From assembly GCF_006345805.1 (NCBI RefSeq), contig NC_043018.1:4526001-4590000 (forward strand): DNA of 64,000 bases, given 5' to 3'. Source of the stretch: Octopus sinensis (taxonomy: Eukaryota). A program made the translations under genes and the position numbers. Positions 1 to 11,422 of the stretch are shown in pieces. Numbering within the stretch: position 1 is the stretch's first letter; each line of letters opens with the position of its first letter. A model generated the notes under the pieces. That model was not told the DNA's origin. It made no database searches and was given only the letters and a program-made list of their open reading frames with translations.

Positions 1-148
1 CATGGGTATGCAGGCAAACTATGCTCATAGGGTACAGGTAACAACAGAATAAACAAAAGTTTAACAGGAATCAAATATAAATAATAAGAAAATGGAGAAA
101 ACATTTATGTGACATTACAATTATTTTGGCCATTTCCGCATCCGATTG

Positions 149-250
149 TATTAAAATCATACAATCTTCCATTAGAGGGCTTTGAAGTCAGTAGGCAAAA
201 AAGCCTACTGACTTTGAGGCCCTATGATGGAAGATAGTATGATTTTAATA
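149..250. repeat. Long imperfect inverted repeat (about 100-nt hairpin), probably part of a Penelope-like element relic
   Basis: TATTAAAATCATAC (149-162) is the reverse complement of GTATGATTTTAATA (237-250). Inner arms ATCTTCCAT/ATGGAAGAT and AAGTCAGTAGGC/GCCTACTGACTT close an A6 loop. Confidence 0.75.
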
Positions 251-646
251 TATTAGGTCTCCGAACTTCTTTAGGCCATATTTTCTTTCCTATTCCCTCT
301 TCCTTTTGTTTATTTTTGGACACTCAGATGAAGAGCCCTTTTCTAGTTCGAATATCCTATGGAGATGGAGAATATTATTTTTGCAATTCTTTCATGGGCA
401 CTGACTGACATCAGAAGCAGAAACAGCCGTAAGAATTGTTATGTCACATAAATGTTATGTCATGTTTTGTATTAAATAATAAGTTACAGATGTGGTCCAA
501 TTGATTTGCTTGTTGATCTGAAGTTTTCTCTATTTTCTGATAATTTATGCACACACACACACACACAACACACACACACACGTATACAAGTGCATGTTTG
601 TACACATACATACACATGTGAATGTATGTATGTATGTATATGGTAT

Positions 647-773
<127 letters not shown>

Positions 774-1261
774 TACATATATACAACAAGAAATACATTT
801 TGCCTCTTTTTATGGAGACAAAAGGGTTTATAAGACTGCAAAAAAGAAATGCTCAAATGAAATTGAGACAGATCAAAAAAAAAAACATTGATTAGAGAAC
901 AAACATCAAATTAAAGTCAATGACTTCATCCATAACACCAGATGCTTCCATACATTTGATCATCTATGAATACAGTTTATATTATAGATTACCATGGCCT
1001 TTAACATACAAAAAGAATACATATATAAAAAACACAGAAGGTAAAAAATATAAATGCAAATAAAAATGCAAATACATAGAACAGCCTACCAAGAAGGTAT
1101 ATATAATATATGGTATATATACCAAGAAGGTGTATATAATCAACTAAAAGGTTTAAAGCATGTCATGCGACTAAAAACTTAAATAAAATATCAGTCGACT
1201 AAAAAAATTTTATGTTACTCCCCTCAGTTAAAAATATGTCAGAAAAGTTCATTTCAAAAAA

Positions 1262-1329
1262 CCATGGAAGGTTGGAGTCCAGAAGCGTAAGAGAATTCCC
1301 TTACACTCCTGGACTCCAACCTACCTTGG
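1262..1329. repeat. Inverted repeat hairpin upstream of a hammerhead motif
   Basis: AGGTTGGAGTCCAG...GTAAG pairs with CTTAC...CTGGACTCCAACCT around an 8-nt loop. Confidence 0.8.
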
Positions 1330-1498
1330 TATAGGAAACATATATATACAGGAAACTTATATATACACCATTCTGCTTAAATAATAGAACTGCAAATACA
1401 ATATCCTTATGTATCTCACGTCTGTTTTCATTCCTCCACTTCACTCTCTGTTTCATATCTTCTCTATAATAACTATTACTTAAACATTTTCTTGCACA

Positions 1499-1546
1499 GT
1501 CTCTGATGAAGGGATATATAAAATATCCCGGAAACAGCTGTAAGAC
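1499..1546 (+). ncRNA. Type I hammerhead ribozyme motif (Penelope-like, palindromic short helix III)
   Basis: GTCT-CTGATGA-A-GGGATAT(ataaa)ATATCCC-G-GAAA-C(agct)G-TA-AGAC. Helix I is GTCT/AGAC, helix II is 7 bp, the core is intact, and the predicted cleavage is after GUA at 1542. Confidence 0.75.
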
Positions 1547-2001
1547 CTTCTCTTTATAAATGGTCTGAAAACTATTCACAGCCTTGGAGTTTTTATCTCA
1601 TTCTGTTAATTTATATATACATATAGTAAACAGATGAAGTCCAGATATTTTTTATATAAAAGACACTTAGTAGCACTCAAATGCTTCCAACTTAGACTCC
1701 AATGTCTTTGCAGGGGATCAATTCCACAGGGTAAAGAATGAGTAGAAGAGGGATCCAGATGTCTTCACTTTTTGCTTTCTCTCATTTTGCATGTATCCAT
1801 ATATATTTTGCATTTTATACACAAACTGTTAAATTCAATATATCTAACTTGTTTATCCACATATCTTGCACTCCTTCGGTTAAGATGACAAGTGTTCCAG
1901 CTGATCTGATCAATGGAACAGCCTGCTCGTGAAATGTGCAAGTGGCTGAGCACTCCACAGTCTGGTTTGGTTTCTACAGCTGGATGCCTTTCCTAATGCC
2001 A

Positions 2002-2041
<40 letters not shown>

Positions 2042-2044
<3 letters not shown>

Positions 2045-2410
2045 TGTGGCTGTATGGTAAGAAGCTTGCTTCCCAACCACATGGTTCCGGGGTCAGTCTC
2101 ACTACATGGCACCATGGGAAAGTGTCTTCTACTATAGCCTTGGGCCAACCAAAGCCTTGTCAGTGGATTTGATGGACAGAAACTGAAAGAAGCCTATTGT
2201 ATATACATATATAGATTTTGTGTGTCTGTGTCCCACACCACCATCGCTTGACAACCGATGCTGGTATGTTTAAGTCTCCCATAACTTAGCAGTTCGGCAA
2301 AAGGAACTGATAGAATAAGTCCTCGGGTTGATTTCTTCAACTAAAACCCTTTCAGGTGGTGCTCCAGCATGGCCACGGTCAAATGACTGAAACAAGTAAA
2401 AGAATAAAAG
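2042..2410 (+). mobile_element. tRNA-derived SINE plus companion tail module (representative copy; many more in the window)
   Basis: A-box-like TGGCTGTATGGTAAG and B-box-like GGTTCCGGGGTCAGTC head. Near-copies recur at about 14050-14330, 21310-21480, 25690-25860, 34770-34925, 46160-46330 and 50790-50945. Confidence 0.8.
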
Positions 2411-2562
2411 AATATATATATTTATAGTGGTGTTAGGAAGCGCATCCAGCCATAGAAACCATGGTAAATCAGATTGGGGTCCGGTGCAGCTCCCTAGCTT
2501 GCTAGTTATGGTCAAACCATCCAACCCAACCTAGCATGGACAACAGATGTTAAATGATGATG

Positions 2563-2671
<109 letters not shown>

Positions 2672-2982
2672 TATATATATAGCATGGAAAGCGGACGCTA
2701 AATGATGATATATATATATATATCTTTTATCTTTTACTAGTCTCAATCATTAGACTCAGCAGAATTTTAGTCAAATGACTAAAGGCATAGAATGTGACAA
2801 GCCTGGCCCTTTAAAATATAGATACAACTCATTTTTGCCAGTTGAGTGGAGCAATATGAAATAAAGTGTCTTGCTCAAGAACACAATGCGCGTCTGGGAA
2901 ACTCACCTGACGATTATGGCCGTATGCCCTAACCACTAAGGCACGCACCTTCGCTTACACACATATATAACATATATACATA

Positions 2983-3020
<38 letters not shown>

Positions 3021-3762
3021 CATTAAAGTATATAACTCAGTTATTTCATGGAATAACTGGGTATTTCAAGAACCAGTTAAAGTGTATAAAATTATTTCAT
3101 TCGACAATGTAATCATTTTATACACTTTCACTGATTCAGCCACACACACAGACACACACACACACATGTATGAGAGAAGGAACGAAATAATAAAAAGGAG
3201 GTTAAGCTGTCGCTTATCCCTTCTATTAATCTTCTTATGGGTTACTAACACAATTTATTCATTTATGTTTCAAAAACAAAAACAGCTTTTTTTTTTCTTA
3301 AGTGATGAAAAGCAATCATTCGTAATTTTTATAATTAAACAAAAGAATTGTGTTTTAGTGTTGAAGCTCTAAAATATGGTTCAACAATTCAAATGCCTCG
3401 ATTTAATAAATGGCAGAAGGAACTAAAAGAGAGCAAAATTCTCTTGAGGACTGATTTTTAAAAAATTATCATGTGATTTGCTTTCCGAAACTCCGTTCTT
3501 CATTCATTCATTCTGTCATTCTGTCGTTCACTCAAACAATCCTCGTTCGCTGTTCATTTATTCATTCATTCATTCATTTCATGTTCCGCGCTGGCATCAA
3601 TCAGAGACGAGGACGTCTCCTCCATGCAGATGCTTCGAAAATTTATCCAAAAATGTAAATTAATTAATGTTGTTTTAAGCATATATATAGTAACTACGTC
3701 TACATATCCCTCTTCGAAGAAATACATTCTTTATTAGTTGAATGAATAAACCAATTTTTGGT

Positions 3763-3845
<83 letters not shown>

Positions 3846-5301
3846 AACATACCTACCTAGTCATCTGTCTATTTGTCCACCGAACCGTGTGTGTGTGTGT
3901 GTGAGTGTAGTCTATATATAATTTATATACGTATGTATCTTGAATATACATACATACATACAAATATATATATATAGCGAGAGAGTGAGAGAGAGAGAAA
4001 GAGAGAGAAAAATATAAAATGCAATAAAATATTATATCTATATATAATGCAATATAATAACAATAATATATGTGTGTGTGGTTTATTATGTGTGGGAGTA
4101 CTCGTCACGAAACTGGTTTTTGCGTAAACCAAATCGATTGACGTTGAAAACTGACATCGACGAATGACACTGATCAAGGATTTTCGATTCGTTCTTTTAT
4201 ATATTTTTGGTTCATTTTATTCATTTCTTAAATCCATTATTTATTTTATATTTATAGTTATCAATTTTTACCTCAAAATAATTACTTATGCCTGTATTTC
4301 CAATCAGTCTTCCCACGCGTTGTTAACATGACATAGATACAAATAGTGAAATGACGATGTTGTAGTGAGGGAGAGAGAGAGAGAGATTGATTACATCGAA
4401 GACCTCGACAACTAAGGAGTCTCTTTTATACCCAACATCACACTACCACCAGCACTCAACACCTTGATCGAGAAAGATCTATGATCAAAAATGCTCCAGC
4501 CGTGACCTTTTTTTTTTTTGTATATCTATGCCTCATCTTCTTTACTTTCTGACTTAAAGTCCCACCAAGGTCGACTTTGCCTATTATCCTTTCGAGTCAA
4601 TAAAATAAAGTACAGGTCAAGCAGTGGAGTCTACCAAATTTCAGCCTCTCTGCCTGCGCCAGAAACATTTATTTTGGGCAGAATGGTTTGAACCTCTGTC
4701 AAAATCCCTACCACTTTCGAGCTAAGGCTCCTCAAGTTCTCAGTTTAAATCTGGTGGACGATTGGCGGAATCGTCAGAACTGGACAAACTACCTTCCAGA
4801 TTTTATGTACAGCCTTTATGTTCTGAGTTCAAACCTGAGGTCAACTTTGATTTTCATCCTGTCAAGTACTTTGGTTGCAGCTCTTTACCTTCTGAATTCA
4901 AATTCTGCCATTTATTTTGTAAACTAGAAATTACTTTCTGGCAGGTTGAACGCGAAGAGGCTGTTCAATGAGATTTAGCAGAGACGTTCGAACTTTGTCT
5001 ATTTTGTATACCCAAGACGATATTGTCCAGTGTGTCCTCTTTAAAAGAGAAATCAAAGACATAAGGATATGGTTTGAAGGAGACATGGTTATTATTTCTC
5101 GCAAGTTGAACAACCACGTAAGAGGACCATCATTTGCCCTTAACCCTTTGCCTGCCTTGTGTTTCACAAGTCCATGTATCGTATATGACACATATTTCCT
5201 TTTTTTTTTTTTTTTCAACCACCAGAGTAACTTAGGACGTGACGAACGGTATCATTCAGAACGTATGACGTAGGTGCTTCATTTTTGCTCTCTTCCAGAT
5301 C

Positions 5302-5541
5302 CTGGGTGCTGCAGTAAATAGGAGGGCCACCACTTCCGTAGCCGAACGGGTAAAAACCCTGATGCATATGGACCTGTCTCTGTGGCGTTTGAAGCGTTCG
5401 GAAGGACTGGACCCCTCAACGCGAAGTTCTTGTTATCGTTGACAGCTTGCCTCACCGAGTTACCAGGTGATACCGTGAGGCCGCTTGGCTTTCCCAACGT
5501 CTTGGCCTCGTGGTGATGCTGCCAGCGCGCTGGCTTGCTTC
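5302..5541 (+). mobile_element. Degenerate C-terminus of a CRE-clade-like non-LTR retrotransposon (restriction-like endonuclease region)
   Basis: Across frameshifts the sequence reads LGAAVNRRATTSVAERVKTLMHMDLS / PVSVAFEAFGRTGPLNAKFLLSL / RGDAASALACF. This matches the GAAA..AE..K..Y.DL..F.PVA.E..G..G...FL..QRGNAA pattern of CRE-type ORFs as I recall it. Confidence 0.45.
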
Positions 5542-5905
5542 AGTAAGTTGTGTCGAACATTGTTAATAGGTTTAGACAGTAATTCCTTCGCTCCCTCAAC
5601 CCACTGTGAAATCCCTGTTTGCCGTCTAAACCCCTTAATTCATTCACGACAGTTAAAATGGATCTTGTAGAAAGACAGTAAAACTTATATTTATTGTAAA
5701 TAATAATTGACACTTTTAGGAAATACCAGCCAAATATCCCCAAATTCATGTCCCTTAAAAATAACGAAGGAGAGAGATACAGATAATAGAGTCCTAGATA
5801 TACCTCGCCTTGCTCCCCTCTACCACAAAGGCGAAATAGTTACACCTGAGTTGGCTTTGATCAAAAGTGATGACTCAAACAGGTCTGACCTGGGAAGACC
5901 CACAC

Positions 5906-6200
5906 ACACTTCCAAATACATACATACATGCATGCATACATACATACATACATGCATACATACATACATACATACATGCATGCCTACATACATACATACA
6001 TGCATGCCTACATACATACATACATGCATGCCTACATACATACATACATACATACATACATGCATGCATGCATACATACATACATACATACATACATACA
6101 TACACACACATGCATGCATACAGTCATACATACATACACACACATACATACATACATACATACATACATACATACATACATACATACATGCATGCATGCA
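5906..6200. repeat. (CATA)n/(CATG) compound tetranucleotide microsatellite
   Basis: Direct reading; it accounts for the overlapping HTYI/MYVC ORFs. Confidence 0.95.
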
Positions 6201-6234
6201 TAGCTACTGTCGACTCGTAGACGAGTATGACCAT

Positions 6235-6374
6235 CAGGGCCGGTTCAAGGTATCGGCAACTCGGGCAGTCGCCCAGGGCGCCAAGGAGAGCATGACAAAA
6301 ACAAGGACATTTCCACGACCGTCAGCTTGAACACGCCAAAGTTCAGGGCGCCAGTAACTCTAGGGCTGGCCCTG
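6235..6374. mobile_element. 140-bp hAT-type MITE
   Basis: Termini CAGGGCCGG...CTGGCCCTG; 8-bp target-site duplication ATGACCAT (6227-6234) / ATGATCAT (6375-6382); internal AGGGCGCC repeats. Confidence 0.8.
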
Positions 6375-7017
6375 ATGATCATCGCAGACAAATTATTTTA
6401 TCCCAGATGTTAAAGGCAATGGCTATCTGCAATGCCGGGACTGAAATTTAAAGTCAGTAACAACAGCTTGCACAACGCTGCTCAAACTCGCCTGCAAAGT
6501 CAAGGAGTCCAAAAACAAGCAACAGCAAGACTTCTAACTTCGCAATGAGAGGCGTCCAAGCAAAGACTAGGGGTTTCTTATTCCTATCTGTTGAATGGCT
6601 GTTGATACGATCGAGTTCATCCATCCTTTGATAGGTTTTACTTTTCAGTCTTCTGGGTTTCCAACGAAAATTACGCTCCTTAAGAATCAGAATTACTAGT
6701 TTAGTTGTCGACGGCCCGACCATGCGGCAGGTTGTATTGGGTTACATGTTACTAGTAGCGGTAACCTTGTCAATACTTCAATAAACGCAAACTCAACAGA
6801 CCAGATACAATGATCTGTGACAAATAAAAGAAACTATGTTCACTACTTGAAATCGGTTGTCCAGTAGATATCAAGATAAAGTTAGAAGTTACTGACAAAG
6901 AAAGCATCGATGATAAACTGATGAGAATACTGTGGGTCCCCTATTTCTAGATTTCTATAAATAATCATTGGTTTCAAATTTTGGCAAAAGGTCAGCAATT
7001 TCGGGGAGTGAGAGAGT

Positions 7018-7185
7018 GAGGTTGATTACATCGACCCCAGTGTTCGACTGTCACTTATTTTATCGAGCCCGAAAGGATGAGAGACAAAGTCAGGCTCGGA
7101 ACAATCTGAACACGGAATGTAAAGACGGATGAAATGCCGCTAGACATTTTGCTTGGCGTACTAACGATTCTACCAGCTCGCCGCC
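7018..7185 (-). mobile_element. tRNA-derived SINE with GCCTTTCATCCTTTCGGGGTCGATAAAATAAGTAC core (MetaSINE-like; representative copy)
   Basis: Homologous copies at about 10590-10700 (-), 10770-10920 (-), 27775-27950 (+), 33410-33580 (+) and 33640-33830 (+). The superfamily name is from memory of the core motif. Confidence 0.7.
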
Positions 7186-7197
7186 CAATTTTTACTA

Positions 7198-7353
7198 ATA
7201 ACTATTAGAGCACTTGGCTACGTGATAAACTGCGTCGGTGCGAAACTTGAAAAGCTGGGATTCACAAAACCAGAAAGAAGACGCCTGGTCCAAACATTAA
7301 TTACAAGCTGTCAAAATACGTTAAACATTTCCAAAGTTCAGCTTCACATATAA
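7198..7353 (+). mobile_element. 3' end fragment of an R4-like (RLE) non-LTR retrotransposon ORF
   Basis: Translates ITIRALGYVINCVGAKLEKLGFTKPERRRLVQTLITSCQNTLNISKVQLHI*, resembling the PIIIGALG...LGF C-terminus of RLE elements. Confidence 0.45.
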
Positions 7354-8378
7354 TATTATCCATGCATATGCTTATGAATCCATAAATATGTACATACATG
7401 TATTCATGCGTACGTGCTAGCAATCTTTCATGCATACAAACGTACCTACGTCCAAATTTGATGTCAAATTCCAATGAATGAATGTTGCTTCTAGTCTAGT
7501 AACCCGGCTCTTTCTACGGGTGAGAAATTCGAAAAATAAAAACAATACCGAGTATGCACCATCACCATTTTACACACACACCCGCGAAACATATTGATTT
7601 GATTACGATATAACAGGTTTCGAAATGGTTCAAATATTCTCCTCTCGCTTTTTCTCTTTCTTTCTTTTTCTTCGATCGCTATTGTTGTCCTTCCTATTTA
7701 CTTCTCATCTACAACGAGAGAGAGAGAGAAAGGAAGGCAAGAAGGGACCAGCCTATACATGCTCTACCATCCATTGTTAAGATACAAGAATGTCACCAGC
7801 TGGGATTTAAGAAAAAAAAAATCTTGCTCTTCATTAAGCTATTCGATAACCACCCACAACAATATTTCAACCGCAGCACCTCCATCACCGTGACTGCTGC
7901 GTAAGAGAGGCAACACTGGTTATGAGGAAAGTCTCCAATTACGGCTGCTGCTGATGATGATGATGATGAGGAGGAGGAGGAGAAGGAGGAGGAGGACTAC
8001 TCTCATTGTCAGCAGCCGTAGCGTCTTCATTGCATAATCATGGGGATAATGCTAATGATGACGATTATAATTAATTGGTTGGTGTTGTTGATTGAGTCTC
8101 GCCCCTCCACCCCGACATCCAATTCCATAACAAAATAGTAAATACAATAAAAATAAGTTGTTTCGTAATAGAAATTACTTTTTTCGTTTTCTTTCTAATA
8201 TTGCTTACAGCATCGAGTTTCCCCAATAATGATAACAATGACGACGGTTTCTAATGATGATAATGATGATCATGATGAGGATTTGTTTTATTTGCCACAA
8301 GGGTATCGTATGGCGGAGACATTACAATGATGGCTTATATAAAATGTGGGAGTTAACAAACAAATCCAATGAAACTGT

Positions 8379-8420
<42 letters not shown>

Positions 8421-8513
8421 GGAGAGTTCACGAAAAGAACAGCAAAAGACGAAGACAGGTGGTGTACAAAACAAACAGATGTATTAGTATAACGCTCAGG
8501 AATTGAAAAAAAT

Positions 8514-8549
8514 CTTTTACATTTCGAGCCTATGCTCTTCAACAGAAAG
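8514..8549 (-). ncRNA. Minimal hammerhead-like motif (A6U core variant) in a short (TA)n-associated element
   Basis: Minus strand reads CTTT-CTGTTGA-A-GAGC(atag)GCTC-GAAA-TG-TA-AAAG. Helix I is CTTT/AAAG and helix II is GAGC/GCTC. Confidence 0.5.
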
Positions 8550-8650
8550 GGACACAGAAAAAAACAAGGAGAGAAAAAAAATGCGTGTAGTGGCTACCGA
8601 TCTATCATGGTAGATATATATATCGCTGAAATGTATAAAAGAATAAAAGA

Positions 8651-8820
8651 ATACATACATACATACATACATACATACATACATACATACATACATACAT
8701 ACATACATACATACATACATACATACATACATACATACATACAATACATACATACATACATACATACATACATACATACATACATACATGCATACAGACA
8801 GACAGACAGACAGACAGACA
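8651..8820. repeat. (TACA)n-(CAGA)n microsatellite
   Basis: Direct reading. Confidence 0.95.
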
Positions 8821-9508
8821 AAGTATATAAGCAAAAATACAGTCCCCCTCGTACAAAAGGACATCCAACCAACACCGTCTAGCACGCGTACACTAAGCGA
8901 TTGCTCGGGTGCCTCACAGGTTTCCAAGGCCCATTTCTAGTATATATATGTTGTGGTTATGTATTTAGGGAGTCCAGTACATTACCTTTCCTCGGGGCGG
9001 GACCTATAATTCCTCGAGCTAGGACCAATTAAGGTAGCCCCACCAAATCCAGAATCAAGCCGACCCACGAAGGTAAATGTCCTATAATGTATTGAAACGG
9101 GATGGATTGCCAGCGCCCAGAACAAGAATTACGGAACGGATGGTAATTTTTATTCATTTATTGTTACTATTTGTTTTTTATAATTGCGCCAGGGCAACCG
9201 TTCCATGTGTCCACCATCACCACCACCATCATCACGTCACGGTATCATTATATCAAAGATGAACATTTACAATAGCTCTATGGGTGCAACAAGAGATTTA
9301 TGCTAAAAAAAAAGCTACAGCCGAAAGATCAAATAGAAGTAAAAGAAGGGGAGGAGTAGAGCGTATGAGAAGTTACGTTTACGGGAGAGAGAGGAGGAGG
9401 AGGAGGGGAGAGAGAGAGAAATGAAAAAAGGAGTAACAGGGTTATAGGTTAAGCTCGTTATAAAAAACATCTGTAGTGTATGTATGTGAGAGAAATGAGC
9501 GAATAGAT

Positions 9509-9549
<41 letters not shown>

Positions 9550-9550
<1 letters not shown>

Positions 9551-10490
9551 GCAAATACTCAAAGAGAGCGAATAATGCAGATGTTAACAAAGCCCTGACA
9601 CATCAATGGATAATGGCCTCTGGCTTAAAATCTGAAACAGAAGGGTTTATCATAGCAGCTCAAGATCAATGCCTACCAACAAGGAACTACCAGGCCAACA
9701 TATTAAAGAATGGGAGTAGCCCAACATGTCGTGTATGTCAACAACAAAATGAAACCATTGATCATATTGTCTCCAAGTGCAGTCTTCTAGCGCCTACAGA
9801 GTATCTCAACAGGCATGATAGAGCTGCACAATATATTCACTGGGTAATCTGCAAAAACCTGGATTTGCCCAATGAAAAAAACTGGTGGGAACACAAACCA
9901 CCCCCAGTGCTTGAAAATGACCACATCTCACTCCTCTGGAACTTCACCATTCAAACTGACAGGAAGATAGATGCAAATAGGCCAGACATCATATTGAAAG
10001 ACTTCAGACAAAAAAACATGCCTCCTCATTGCTATGACTGTCCCAATCGATATAAACGTATTTGTCAAGACCTACCAGAAACTGAGCAAATATAAAGATC
10101 TTGAAATAGAAATCAGCAAAATGTGGAACCTGAAGACTAAAACAATACCTGTTGTCATAGGTGCCCTGGGAATGATAGCAAAAGGGGCTGATTGCTACCT
10201 AACTCAGATATCAGGAAACCCAAAAATGGCAGAAATTCAAAAGATAGTGCTCATGGGAACTGCTCATATCCTACGCAAAATACTTTCTATGTAATCTCAA
10301 GTTTTAAAACAAACATAATTTTCGTATGTTTTTTTTTTAGACATTCACTAGTACAACACTAAATACAAAACCAAATATATGGCACACTAGGCATAACACC
10401 AACATGAACTTCTAACCTGTTGTCTCTTGAGGTCTCTGGGTGAGACTTGGAGCCAACTTGTACAAATATGAAGCAAAAGTCAAGCATAGA

Positions 10491-10492
<2 letters not shown>
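9550..10492 (+). mobile_element. 5'-truncated R4/Dong-like non-LTR retrotransposon (CCHC knuckle + PD-(D/E)xK endonuclease) inserted in (AAT)n
   Basis: ORFs 9613-10095 and 10034-10294 encode CRVCQQQNETIDHIVSKC, RHD, IQTDRKIDANRPDII, D/A-MTVP, KLSKYKDL and IPVVIGALG, with one frameshift at an A-run near 10015. (AAT)n lies on both sides (9511-9549 and about 10493-10541). Confidence 0.85.
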
Positions 10493-10544
<52 letters not shown>

Positions 10545-11369
10545 TGATGATCCTTTCTACTAAAGGCACAAGGCCTTAAATTTGGTGGGAGAGGACTAGA
10601 CGATTACATCGACCCCAGTGTTTCACTGGTACTTAATCTATCGACCTCGAAAGAATTAAAGGCAAAATTGATCTCGGCTAAATTTGAACTCAGAACATGA
10701 AGACGGTCGTAATACCTGTTCTTTACAACCCACAAGGGGCTAAACACAGAGAGGACAAACAAGGACAGACAAACGGATTAAGTCGATTATATCAACCCCA
10801 GTGCGTAACTGGTACTTATTTAATCCGAAAGGATGAAAGGCAAAATCGACCTCGGCGGAATTTGAACTCAGAACGTAGCGGCAGACGAAATACCACTAAG
10901 CATTTAGCCCGGCATGCCAGTGTACTCCCTTAGCGACGGGCTTGCCCTATCTCACCAAATGCTAGTGACTTCTTTTTCCAGTTCTTTTAATAATAATAAG
11001 ATGAGGAAAAAGAAAAAGAAAAACGAAAATTGAAGAAAGGAGGGGGGTAACGGCGACGCTCGAAATAGAAACAATTACGATATCTACAATTATTGGTGTT
11101 GTTGTGATGGTGGTTGCTTGACCCCAAAACGGTTTTGTTCGAGCAGATATCCTATGTGCAATCCCAGTGATGATCCCCCAGTCATTTCTTTCCTTTTTCA
11201 ATTCACTGTACTCTTCATCTTTCTAAGACAGCAATGTGTGATTCTGGGAGAGATTTACCGGCTATTTCTAGCAAACTGAGCGACTGTGTAAGACGCTCCC
11301 GTTAACGTTCGGCTTCAGATCAGCAGACCTGTTCGAAGAGACCGATAATCAAAGACATTTCAGTCGTGA

Positions 11370-11422
11370 CCATCCAGCTTACTTGTCTGGTCATGTTGTC
11401 TCCAGACAAGTAAGCTGGATGG
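11370..11422. repeat. Perfect 21-bp inverted repeat with 11-nt loop
   Basis: CCATCCAGCTTACTTGTCTGG (11370-11390) / CCAGACAAGTAAGCTGGATGG (11402-11422). Confidence 0.9.

Noticed and set aside
5299-5541. Apparent exon with good acceptor (TCTCTTCCAG) and donor (GTAAGT)
   Set aside because: All three frames contain stops, and the peptide blocks are better explained as a frameshifted CRE-like retroelement relic. A non-coding exonised use cannot be excluded.
6454-6783. 89-aa minus-strand ORF and a signal-peptide-like plus-strand micro-ORF (MRQVVLGYMLLVAVTLSILQ*)
   Set aside because: No recognisable homology or splice partners; the plus ORF stops after 20 codons.
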